From an uncultured Gemmatimonadaceae bacterium (GTDB lineage: Bacteria; Gemmatimonadota; Gemmatimonadetes; Gemmatimonadales; Gemmatimonadaceae), in NCBI GenBank assembly GCA_963751275.1, contig CAVVTZ010000009.1, forward strand, positions 128,001 through 192,000: a stretch of 64,000 bases of DNA, read 5' to 3'. Below are positions 30,950-39,511 of the stretch, in pieces. Position numbers and translations under genes: made by a program. The stretch's first letter is position 1. Each line of letters starts with the position of its first letter. Below the pieces are notes generated by a model. It saw nothing but the letters and a program-made list of their open reading frames with translations. It did no database searches and was not told the origin of the DNA.

Positions 30950-31512
30950 CGCTGCTCCACCGCGCGCACGATCTCGATCGCCAGCGCCGCGCGCATCCGA
31001 TCCAGCCGCGCCTCGGCGGTCCCATCCACGCGCAACGTGCCATCGCTCATTGCCACGATCACTCCCGCCTGGATCTCTGCGTCCACCGTCACGGTCGTAT
31101 GCTGCCGTCCCGCCGCGGCCTTCTTAACCGCCGCGAGATCCTTCTTCGCGCACCGCAATTCCGCCCCACCCTCCGGCAGATATTCGAGTGCGGCCGCCAC
31201 CTGCCGCTGAAGCCACGCATCGGTGGCTGCGCCAGCAAGCAGCTGCCGTGTGCGTTGCAGTACGCCGTTCACCACTCGCTCCCGAATCCCGAATCCCGAT
31301 TCCCGAGCCCTGCCGCGTGCTTTGAGCCGTTCGGCACTCTCGGCCGCCTGAAGTTCCTCGGAGCGCCGCAGCTTTCGCTCTTCGAGGTCGCGTGTCAGCC
31401 GCGCCGCGCTCTCCCCGTCGATGCGCGCCGCCTCCTCGCGCGCCTTCGCGATCACCGCGCGCGCCTCGGCCTCGCCCTCCGCCGCCAGGACCTCGAGCAG
31501 GGTCGTGGTCAC
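30946..31512 (-). CDS. ntpE: V/A-type ATP synthase subunit E
   Basis: N-terminal coiled coil (AEARAVIAKAREEA), GVIV..DG..RVDGT.EARL; operon position. Confidence 0.82.
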   Translation of the reverse strand: MTTTLLEVLAAEGEAEARAVIAKAREEAARIDGESAARLTRDLEERKLRRSEELQAAESAERLKARGRARESGFGIRERVVNGVLQRTRQLLAGAATDAWLQRQVAAALEYLPEGGAELRCAKKDLAAVKKAAAGRQHTTVTVDAEIQAGVIVAMSDGTLRVDGTAEARLDRMRAALAIEIVRAVEQR

Positions 31513-31736
31513 CCGCCCGTTCCCGAGCGCAGGATGATGAGCACCGCCACCACGAAGCCGAGGATGACCATCGTCTCCGGGATCGCCACGAGGATCACGG
31601 CGGTCGCGGAAAGTTCCGGTTTCTCGGCGAGAGTGGCGGAGATCGCCGCCCCGATGCGCGATTGCGCCCAGGCGGTCGCCAACGCCGCGAGCGCCATGAC
31701 GCCCGCCGCCGCCAATGCAGTCCAGACCGTGTTCAT
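31509..31736 (-). CDS. ntpK: V/A-type ATP synthase proteolipid subunit K/L (single hairpin)
   Basis: 75 aa, two hydrophobic helices, AQSRIG, EKPE loop, IPET ion-binding Glu. Confidence 0.92.
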   Translation of the reverse strand: MNTVWTALAAAGVMALAALATAWAQSRIGAAISATLAEKPELSATAVILVAIPETMVILGFVVAVLIILRSGTGG

Positions 31737-31755
31737 AGTTCGCTCCAGTGAGAGA

Positions 31756-33642
31756 TCACCGCGGCGCGCCGGCGTGCCAGCGCGTCAACGGGTGGTACGG
31801 CAGCCCGCCCGGGCTGTAGAACTTCCCGAAGAACTCCACGTAATGCAGACGCAGCGCGTGGATCGTCGGGCCGAACAGACCGATCGCGAAATTCACGAGG
31901 TGGAAGAGCAGCGCGAAGACCAATCCCACGGCCACGCTCCCCAACGCCCCCACCATCCGGTTCGCCACGGCCGCGAGCATCACGCTGGCCGTGCCGAGCG
32001 CCATGATACGTGCGTAGCTCAGCGCGTTCCCGACGCTCGACAGCAGCTCGAGCGGCGCGAGCAGTCCTTCCGTGAGGATCAGCAGCGGGAACGCGATGAG
32101 CAGCGCGATCACCACCGGCACGAACAGTGCCTTGGGCAGCACCTCGAACGCCGCGAGCAGCGCCGCGACGATCAGGAGCACCATCACGGCGGTGATCCCC
32201 TTGCCGATCGCGTGCTTCGGCTCGCTGCGCCGCGCGCTCAGCGCACCGAGCACGAGGCCGAGCACCACGTGCACGACGCCGAGCCCCACCGCGAGCGCGA
32301 GTGCGGCGATCACGCCCTCGGCGCGATCGAAGAGGATCGGCTTCATTCCGAACAGCCGAGCGCCCAGGTCGCCGAAGAACTCGCCGTACAGGAATCCGAA
32401 GATGATCGTGAACACCGACATCGGGATCGCCATGTCGCCCACCGAGCGGAGCATCGTGCCGGCGCGCGCTTTGTGATGGATCGCGAGGCCGATCGCGAGC
32501 AGCATGATCCCGTAGCCGATGTCGCCGAGCATGATGCCGAACATCGCGGGAAAGAAGACGGCGACGAAGGGCGTGGGGTCGATGGTGCCGTACGCCGGCA
32601 GCGGCATCACGCGCACGATCGACTCGAAGGGGCGGAAGATCCGCGGATTCGAGAGCACCACCGGCGCATCCTTGGCGGTCCATTGCTCGCGCGCGATCGG
32701 CTCCAGCACCACCGCGGCGCCGAATCGCTTCGCAACGAGCGCCTCCAGCCGCGGGAGCGCGGTCACGGGAAGCCAGCCTTCGACGGCGAACGCATGCGCC
32801 GTAACGCCGCAGCGCGCGATCGCATCCAGTTCGGTGAGGCAGTCGTGCATCGGACCGCGCGCGGCCAGCAGTCTCGGCGCCTGTTCCGCGGCGAGCGCGG
32901 CGCGTTCCTGCGCGAGCCGCTCGGCGTCGCGCGGGATCGCCTTGAGGCGCTCGAGCATCTTCGGCACCGTCTCGGCGAGCGCGCCGCCGCCATAGGCGGC
33001 GGGCATCGGGATCTCGGGCAGCCGCGCATCGGCGAGCGCGTGTTCCATGCGGTCGGCGAAGGTCTTGGGCAGCACGAGGAGCAGCGCGACGTCGCCGCTC
33101 GCGAGGTCGTGCGTGGAGATCGCGAACTCGGGGCCGATCTCCTTGCGGAGCGCGTCGCCGAGCTGTGGGATGATGCCGCGCTCGTGCGCGGGGACGACCA
33201 CCGCGTACGTGGTGAGGTGCGGGAAGCGTGCGACGCCGGCGAGCGCACTCTCGAAGGCAGCGAAGAAGTCGCGGTACTTGAGGATCAGTGCTTTCTCTTC
33301 GGCGAGCGCGGCGGTGCGGATCGCGATCGATTCGGCGAGGCGGCGGGCGCGGCGGGCGCGACGCGCGGCATGCGCGAAGTCCTCCGGCTCTCCGGCTGCG
33401 CCGCGTTCTGCTTTCTTGCCGGCGGCGTGCAGCGCGCCGAGCGCCGCGTCAATGTCCTCGAGCGCGCGCTGGAGCTGGCGCCGCATCCGCTCCTGTCGCG
33501 GCGTGAGCGCCATCTCCTGGAGCGGTGAGTCGCGCGTGGCATCGCCCAGGTGCAGCACACCGGCATCCTGCAGCGCGGCCATCAGTTCCCCGAGGCGAGT
33601 GCGAGGGCCGAGGAGCCGGATCTTCTCCATGGGAATGATCAT
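31756..33642 (-). CDS. ntpI: V/A-type ATP synthase subunit I (a)
   Basis: VEGWLP, PVVLSNP, IDPTP, GDIGYG, SYARIMALG (essential Arg) and LRLHYVEFFGKFY. Confidence 0.95.
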   Translation of the reverse strand: MIIPMEKIRLLGPRTRLGELMAALQDAGVLHLGDATRDSPLQEMALTPRQERMRRQLQRALEDIDAALGALHAAGKKAERGAAGEPEDFAHAARRARRARRLAESIAIRTAALAEEKALILKYRDFFAAFESALAGVARFPHLTTYAVVVPAHERGIIPQLGDALRKEIGPEFAISTHDLASGDVALLLVLPKTFADRMEHALADARLPEIPMPAAYGGGALAETVPKMLERLKAIPRDAERLAQERAALAAEQAPRLLAARGPMHDCLTELDAIARCGVTAHAFAVEGWLPVTALPRLEALVAKRFGAAVVLEPIAREQWTAKDAPVVLSNPRIFRPFESIVRVMPLPAYGTIDPTPFVAVFFPAMFGIMLGDIGYGIMLLAIGLAIHHKARAGTMLRSVGDMAIPMSVFTIIFGFLYGEFFGDLGARLFGMKPILFDRAEGVIAALALAVGLGVVHVVLGLVLGALSARRSEPKHAIGKGITAVMVLLIVAALLAAFEVLPKALFVPVVIALLIAFPLLILTEGLLAPLELLSSVGNALSYARIMALGTASVMLAAVANRMVGALGSVAVGLVFALLFHLVNFAIGLFGPTIHALRLHYVEFFGKFYSPGGLPYHPLTRWHAGAPR

Positions 33643-33657
33643 CGGCCGCCATCGCGC

Positions 33658-34008
33658 TCATTCCTCGAGGACACGCAGACTCAGTCGTGCCGCGAGATCA
33701 TCGAGGAATGCTTCGGGGAGCGCGTCGAAGCGCGCGCAGTCGGCTTCGGCTTGCGCGAGGATCGCGGTGAGCTCGGATTGCAGCGCGCGTTCGTGCGCGG
33801 CGTCGAGTGTGGCGAGTTCGCGGGCGGTGGCGGCGTCGAGATCGGCGGTTGTGGCGGCGGCGCGAGTGTATGCTTCGGCAACGATGCGTTCGGCTTCGGT
33901 GTTGGCCGCGTCGAGTTGCTCGCGGAGCGTGTGCTCGGTCGCGAGCAGAGCGGTCAGCGCGTTGCCGTCGTGGTGGGCGGCCGGTGGTTTGGCATGGTTG
34001 TGAGGCAC
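33658..34008 (-). CDS. Probable V/A-type ATP synthase subunit G/H (peripheral stalk)
   Basis: First gene of the operon; Ala/Glu-rich coiled coil EAERIVAEA. Start is uncertain. Confidence 0.65.
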   Translation of the reverse strand: MPHNHAKPPAAHHDGNALTALLATEHTLREQLDAANTEAERIVAEAYTRAAATTADLDAATARELATLDAAHERALQSELTAILAQAEADCARFDALPEAFLDDLAARLSLRVLEE

Positions 34009-34206
34009 GGGCTCAAGCTGGGGGCCGGCCGAGGGCGGGTGCAGTCGGAAAGTCCCTATTTCGTGTCAGGGAGATTCGTACGCGCATGGGACTCGCGCGC
34101 GAAAATTCCGAGCGATTCGGAGTATCTTCGGTTTCCGGCTTCTACTATAGTGATATGCGAGGTCTCATTCGGGACTGGGGAGTCGGGAACGGGAGATCGC
34201 GAACGA

Positions 34207-34328
34207 CAACTGCATCAGACAGGATGAACATGATGAACGTGATGTGAACGGCGGCCGGCGGGTTGAAATCAGGTCGTAGATTGCGGTTCATATCATGTCC
34301 ATCATGTTCATCCTGTCTGATGCAGTTG
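34207..34328. repeat. Fold-back palindrome of the GACAGGAT-GAACATGAT nonamer family
   Basis: 34207-34249 versus 34286-34328: 43-bp inverted repeat with 3 mismatches; ends CAACTGC/GCAGTTG. Confidence 0.92.
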
Positions 34329-34371
34329 CTCTTCCTACAGACTATGGCCGTACCAGCCGAGGACACTGGGC

Positions 34372-34785
34372 ATGCCGACATCGAAACTCGCTGCGAAGAT
34401 GAAATTGAAGCCGGGACATCGGGCGGCGCTCGTCAATGCACCGGCCGGCTATGCGAAGGAGCTGAGTCCGCTGCCGGCGGGTGCGAAGATCGCGCCGTCG
34501 CTCACGGGAGAGTTCGACTGGATCCAGCTGTTCGCGAAGGATCAGGCGGAGTTGAAGAACCTGTTGCCGCGCGCGGTGAAGGCGCTCAAGGCGGAGAGCA
34601 TCCTCTGGCTCTCCTTCCCGAAAGGCGGCTCGAAGATCCAGACCGATCTCACGCGCGACAAAGGCTGGGAGGTGCTCAAGACGCTCGACATGAAATGGGT
34701 GACGCTCATCTCCGTGAACGACACGTGGAGCGCGTTCGCGATCAGGCCGTACCGGGCGAGGGAGGAGAAGCAGGACTGGCGCTAA
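34372..34785 (+). CDS. Conserved hypothetical protein (DUF3052-like)
   Basis: KMKLKPG..NAP, LWLSFPKGGSKIQTDLTRD and SVNDTWSA pattern; RBS gagga; typical codon usage. Confidence 0.75.
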   Translation: MPTSKLAAKMKLKPGHRAALVNAPAGYAKELSPLPAGAKIAPSLTGEFDWIQLFAKDQAELKNLLPRAVKALKAESILWLSFPKGGSKIQTDLTRDKGWEVLKTLDMKWVTLISVNDTWSAFAIRPYRAREEKQDWR

Positions 34786-35023
34786 GATCGAGCGGGTCAC
34801 GAATCGCGCCGGATTTCAATGCGGTGCGCGGCCGCACGATTGAGGGATGCTGATAGCGGATTGTTTCCGAGCCCGCACGACCGTCCGCTCTTGGGACGCC
34901 CAGTCCCCACTTCGAACACCCGCTCGCCAACCATCCGCCCACTCACGGAGTCTAACCACGCGTTAGCCCGCGTCTTAGGCAGTCAGCGAGTCCCGAGTCC
35001 CGAGTCCCGAGCGCGAACATTCT

Positions 35024-35039
35024 CGGCACGTCTCTTGCC
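35024..35039 (+). promoter_or_regulatory. Sigma-54 (-24/-12) promoter motif for the MFP/ABC/permease operon
   Basis: CGGCACGTCTCTTGCC matches TGGCACG-N4-TTGC with GG and GC 12 nt apart. An NtrC-type activator is encoded in the same operon. Confidence 0.7.
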
Positions 35040-35085
35040 CTTAGGGAGGTGAATACCCGTCATGCTCCTCAGCCCAGGATAGCCG

Positions 35086-36330
35086 TTGGACGTCGCCCGC
35101 GCACCCAAGAAGAAAACGAGCAAGTACGTCGCCATCGGCGGCGGTGTCTTCGCGCTCATCATCGTCACGGTCTTGCTCGGCAAGCTCAAGCCGGCCGCGC
35201 CGTCGGTCGAGATCGCCACGCTGCTCATCGACTCCGTCCGCCAGGGCGACCTGTCGATCGAAGTGCGCGGTCCCGGCAATCTCACCCCCGAGCACATCCG
35301 CTTCATCACGGCGCAGGCCAGTGCGCGCGTGGATCGCCTCATCGCTCAGAGTGGCCAGAGCGTTCCCGCTGGCGGTGTGCTGCTCACGCTCTCGAATCCT
35401 GACGTCGAGATCCAGGCGCTGCAGGCCGACCAGGCCTACAACCAGGCGCGCTTCGATCTCTTCGCCATGAGGACGAATCTCAACAGTGCGCGCCTGGCCC
35501 AGGAAGGAGTCGTCGCCACCACGCGCACGAACTACATCAGCGCCACGCAGGACGCGGCGGCCGCCGAGTCGCTCGTCACGAAGAATCTCATCTCCCCCTT
35601 CGACGCGAACGCGAAGAAGGCCGCCGCCCAGGAATACGAAACGCGCCTGCGCGTCGAAAAAGAGCGCCTCGCGCTCATGACGCAGAGCGTCGATTCGCAG
35701 ATCCAGGTGCAGACGGACCAGGTGCAGCGCCTCAAGTCGATCGCCGAGCTGGACCGCGGGCGCGAGCGCGCCCTGCAGGTCACCTCGCCCGACGCCGGCA
35801 TCGTGCAGGACCTCACGATCCAGCTCGGCGAATGGGTCACCGAAGGCACGACGCTCGCGAAGGTCGTGCAGCCGGGCACGCTCAAGGCCGTCATTCGCAT
35901 TCCTGAAACACAGGCCAAGGATGTCGCCGTAGGTCAGGATGCCGACATTGACACGCGCAACGGCATCGTCCACGGCAAGGTCTCACGCAAGGATCCCAGC
36001 TCGGTGAACGGCACGGTCACGGTGGACGTGAAGCTCGAGGGCGCGCTCCCCGCCGGTGCGGTGCCCGATCTCTCGGTGGACGGCACGATCAAGATCGCGT
36101 CGCTCAAGAACGTCATGTACACCGGCCGCCCCGCGTACGGATCGGGCACCGGCATGGTGGGTCTGTTCAAGGTCGTGGAGAACGGCAGCGCCGCTGTTCG
36201 CGTGCAGGTGCAGCTGGGCAAGAGTTCCGTTACGACGGTGGAGATCCTGAAGGGCCTGAACATCGGCGACAAAGTGATCCTGAGCGACATGTCACAGTAC
36301 GACAACGTGGAACGCGTACGCCTCAAATAA
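35086..36330 (+). CDS. Efflux periplasmic adaptor (membrane fusion protein, HlyD/MacA-like)
   Basis: TTG start; N-terminal TM helix; VRGPG, coiled-coil hairpin, SPDAGIV, PDLSVDG and GLNIGDKVILSD. Confidence 0.9.
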   Translation: MDVARAPKKKTSKYVAIGGGVFALIIVTVLLGKLKPAAPSVEIATLLIDSVRQGDLSIEVRGPGNLTPEHIRFITAQASARVDRLIAQSGQSVPAGGVLLTLSNPDVEIQALQADQAYNQARFDLFAMRTNLNSARLAQEGVVATTRTNYISATQDAAAAESLVTKNLISPFDANAKKAAAQEYETRLRVEKERLALMTQSVDSQIQVQTDQVQRLKSIAELDRGRERALQVTSPDAGIVQDLTIQLGEWVTEGTTLAKVVQPGTLKAVIRIPETQAKDVAVGQDADIDTRNGIVHGKVSRKDPSSVNGTVTVDVKLEGALPAGAVPDLSVDGTIKIASLKNVMYTGRPAYGSGTGMVGLFKVVENGSAAVRVQVQLGKSSVTTVEILKGLNIGDKVILSDMSQYDNVERVRLK

Positions 36331-36344
36331 CTCCGGAGCTTACC

Positions 36345-37052
<708 letters not shown>

Positions 37053-37076
37053 CTGGTCTCAACCCCGAGGGCGACA

Positions 37077-39503
37077 ATGGGCATGCTGCTGCAGGATCTG
37101 CGCTACGCTCTCCGCGCGCTGCGGAAGAGCCCGCTCTTCACCGCTGTCGCCGTTGTCACACTCGCCCTCGGGATCGGCGCGAACACCACGATATACACGT
37201 GGCTGGAGGACATGGTGCTCCGCCCATTGCCGGCCGTGGGCGGCTACGACGATCTGGTGCTCGTGATCACGCGGGGCCCGGACGGCGCGCGGTGGAGTTT
37301 CTCGATCCCCGACTGGCAGGACGTCTCGAAGATGGCGACGCTCATCGAAGGGCCGGCGATCACCACCGGCCAGCCCTTCAGCGTGCGCACGGAGGGACAA
37401 GCCGAGCGCGCGTGGGGCGAGATCGTCAGCTCGAATTATTTCAACGTGCTGCACGTGCGGCCGATGCTCGGCCGCGGGTTCCTGCCGGCTGAGGACAGCT
37501 CGGTGGGCGGGCATCCCGTGGTCGTGCTTGCGTACAACTATTGGCGGCGGAAGTTCGGCTCCGATTCGAGCATCGTGGGGAAGACACTCACGCTGAATAG
37601 CCATCCGTTCACGGTCGTGGGCGTGATGCCGCCGCTCTTCGGCGGAAAGACCGCGGCGCTCTCCTTCGACATGTGGGTGCCGCTGTCCATGGTGGGCGTC
37701 GCGAACGGCTCGCCGCAGCAGTACACGTCGCGCGGATGGCAGAGTTACGACGCGATCGCGCGGCTCAAGCCCGGCGTCACGTTCGCGCGCGCGCAGGTGG
37801 AGATGCGCGCGATCGGAAAGCAGCTCGCCGACACGTACCACGAAGATGCGCACACCGGCCGCGACTTGCTGCCGATGAACGAAGACTACGTGCAGGCGCT
37901 GTTCAAGCCGGCGCTCATCGCGGTGATGGGGATCACGGCCATCGTGCTGCTCATTGCGTGCGCGAACGTCGCGAATCTCATGCTGTCGCGCGCGGCGTCG
38001 CGCCGCCGGGAAATGGGCATACGACTGGCGCTCGGCGCCAGGCGCTCGGCGCTGGTGCGGCAGCTGCTCGTCGAGAGCCTGATCATCGCGGTGGTGGGCG
38101 GCGGGCTCGGGCTGCTCGTTGCGTCATGGGGCAGTGGGATGCTCAGCGCACTCATGCCGCCGGTGCCGTACCCGGTGACCATCCCGCATTCGTTCGACGC
38201 GCGCATCCTCGCGTTCGCAATGCTCGTGACCGTGGGCACGGTGGTCCTGTTCGGCGTCGCGCCGGCGGTCCAGGCTTCGAAGCCCGATCTCGTCGTATCG
38301 CTCAAGAGCGGCGTGGGCAATGGCGGGCACGGACGCGGGCTGCTGCGCGGCTCGCTCGTCGTCACGCAGATCTCCTTGTCGGTGATCGCGCTGGTGGCAG
38401 CCGGACTCTTCGTACGCAGCCTGAACACGGCCCAGCACATGGACGCGGGTTACCGCGAGCCGGAGAAGGTGCTGCTCGTGGGCACCGACCTCCTCCTCGC
38501 CGGCTACAACCCGTCCACCGGGCGCGTGATGGAGCGGCAGATCCTGGAGCGCGTCACCGCGCTTCCGGGCGTGGTGTCTGCGTCGTTCTCCGGCATCGTG
38601 CCGCTCGGCTTCGGCGGCAACAACACGAGCAGCGCCACGATCGATGGCTACACGCCGGCGAAGGACGAGAACATGTCGATCCACAACGACGACATCGCCC
38701 CTCGTTATTTCGAGACGGTAGGCACGCCGATCCTCGCCGGCCGCGAATTCACCGCGCAGGATGATTCCGGCGCGGCGCGCGTCGCGATCGTGAACGACGC
38801 CTTCGTCAAGAAATATTTCCACGGGCAGGATGCGCTCGGCCGCTGGATCGATTTCGGCGGCGGCAAGCGCACGGTGGTCGGCGTCGTGGCGAGCGCCAAG
38901 CAGAAGCAGCTGAGCGAGGCGCCGCTCCCGTTCGTCTTCCTGCCGCAGGCACAGGACTACGATGCGGCCACCACGCTGTACGTGCGGGCCGCCGGCGATC
39001 CGAAGCTCCTCACCGAGACGCTGCGCAAGACTTTCGCATCGATCGATCCGAACCTGCCGTTCCTGGACGTGCGGACGTTCGCCGAGCACATGGGGGCGGC
39101 GATGTTCTTCATGAAACTCGGCGCGACGATGCTCGGGATGTTCGGCGCGCTCGCGCTGTTCCTCTCGAGCATGGGCATCTACAGCGTGATCGCGTACTCG
39201 GTGAGCCAGCGCACGCGCGAGCTGGGCATTCGCACCGCGCTCGGCGCGGCGCGGCAGGACATCCTGTCGCTCGTGCTGGGCGAGGGGATGAAGCTCACCG
39301 CGATCGGGCTCGCGATCGGCGGCGTGCTGGCGTTCGGCGCGGGGATGCTGCTGCGCAGTCAGCTGCTGGGCGTTGGCGCGGCCGATCCCGTCACGTTCTT
39401 CTCGATCGGCGCACTGCTCGCGTCGGTCGCCCTGATCGCGAGCTGGATCCCGGCGCGGCGCGCCTCGCGCACCGATCCCATGGTCGCGCTGCGCACCGAA
39501 TAG
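37077..39503 (+). CDS. ABC permease, ADOP/MacB-like duplicated permease (1 of 7)
   Basis: [50 protein letters not shown] and PARRA..DPMVALR. Confidence 0.95.
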   Translation: MGMLLQDLRYALRALRKSPLFTAVAVVTLALGIGANTTIYTWLEDMVLRPLPAVGGYDDLVLVITRGPDGARWSFSIPDWQDVSKMATLIEGPAITTGQPFSVRTEGQAERAWGEIVSSNYFNVLHVRPMLGRGFLPAEDSSVGGHPVVVLAYNYWRRKFGSDSSIVGKTLTLNSHPFTVVGVMPPLFGGKTAALSFDMWVPLSMVGVANGSPQQYTSRGWQSYDAIARLKPGVTFARAQVEMRAIGKQLADTYHEDAHTGRDLLPMNEDYVQALFKPALIAVMGITAIVLLIACANVANLMLSRAASRRREMGIRLALGARRSALVRQLLVESLIIAVVGGGLGLLVASWGSGMLSALMPPVPYPVTIPHSFDARILAFAMLVTVGTVVLFGVAPAVQASKPDLVVSLKSGVGNGGHGRGLLRGSLVVTQISLSVIALVAAGLFVRSLNTAQHMDAGYREPEKVLLVGTDLLLAGYNPSTGRVMERQILERVTALPGVVSASFSGIVPLGFGGNNTSSATIDGYTPAKDENMSIHNDDIAPRYFETVGTPILAGREFTAQDDSGAARVAIVNDAFVKKYFHGQDALGRWIDFGGGKRTVVGVVASAKQKQLSEAPLPFVFLPQAQDYDAATTLYVRAAGDPKLLTETLRKTFASIDPNLPFLDVRTFAEHMGAAMFFMKLGATMLGMFGALALFLSSMGIYSVIAYSVSQRTRELGIRTALGAARQDILSLVLGEGMKLTAIGLAIGGVLAFGAGMLLRSQLLGVGAADPVTFFSIGALLASVALIASWIPARRASRTDPMVALRTE

Positions 39504-39511
39504 GGCGACCC

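Noticed and set aside
16502..34328. CRISPR array interpretation of the recurring GACAGGATGAACATGAT sequence
   Set aside because: Copies are kilobases apart and inverted, with no regular repeat-spacer structure and no cas genes.
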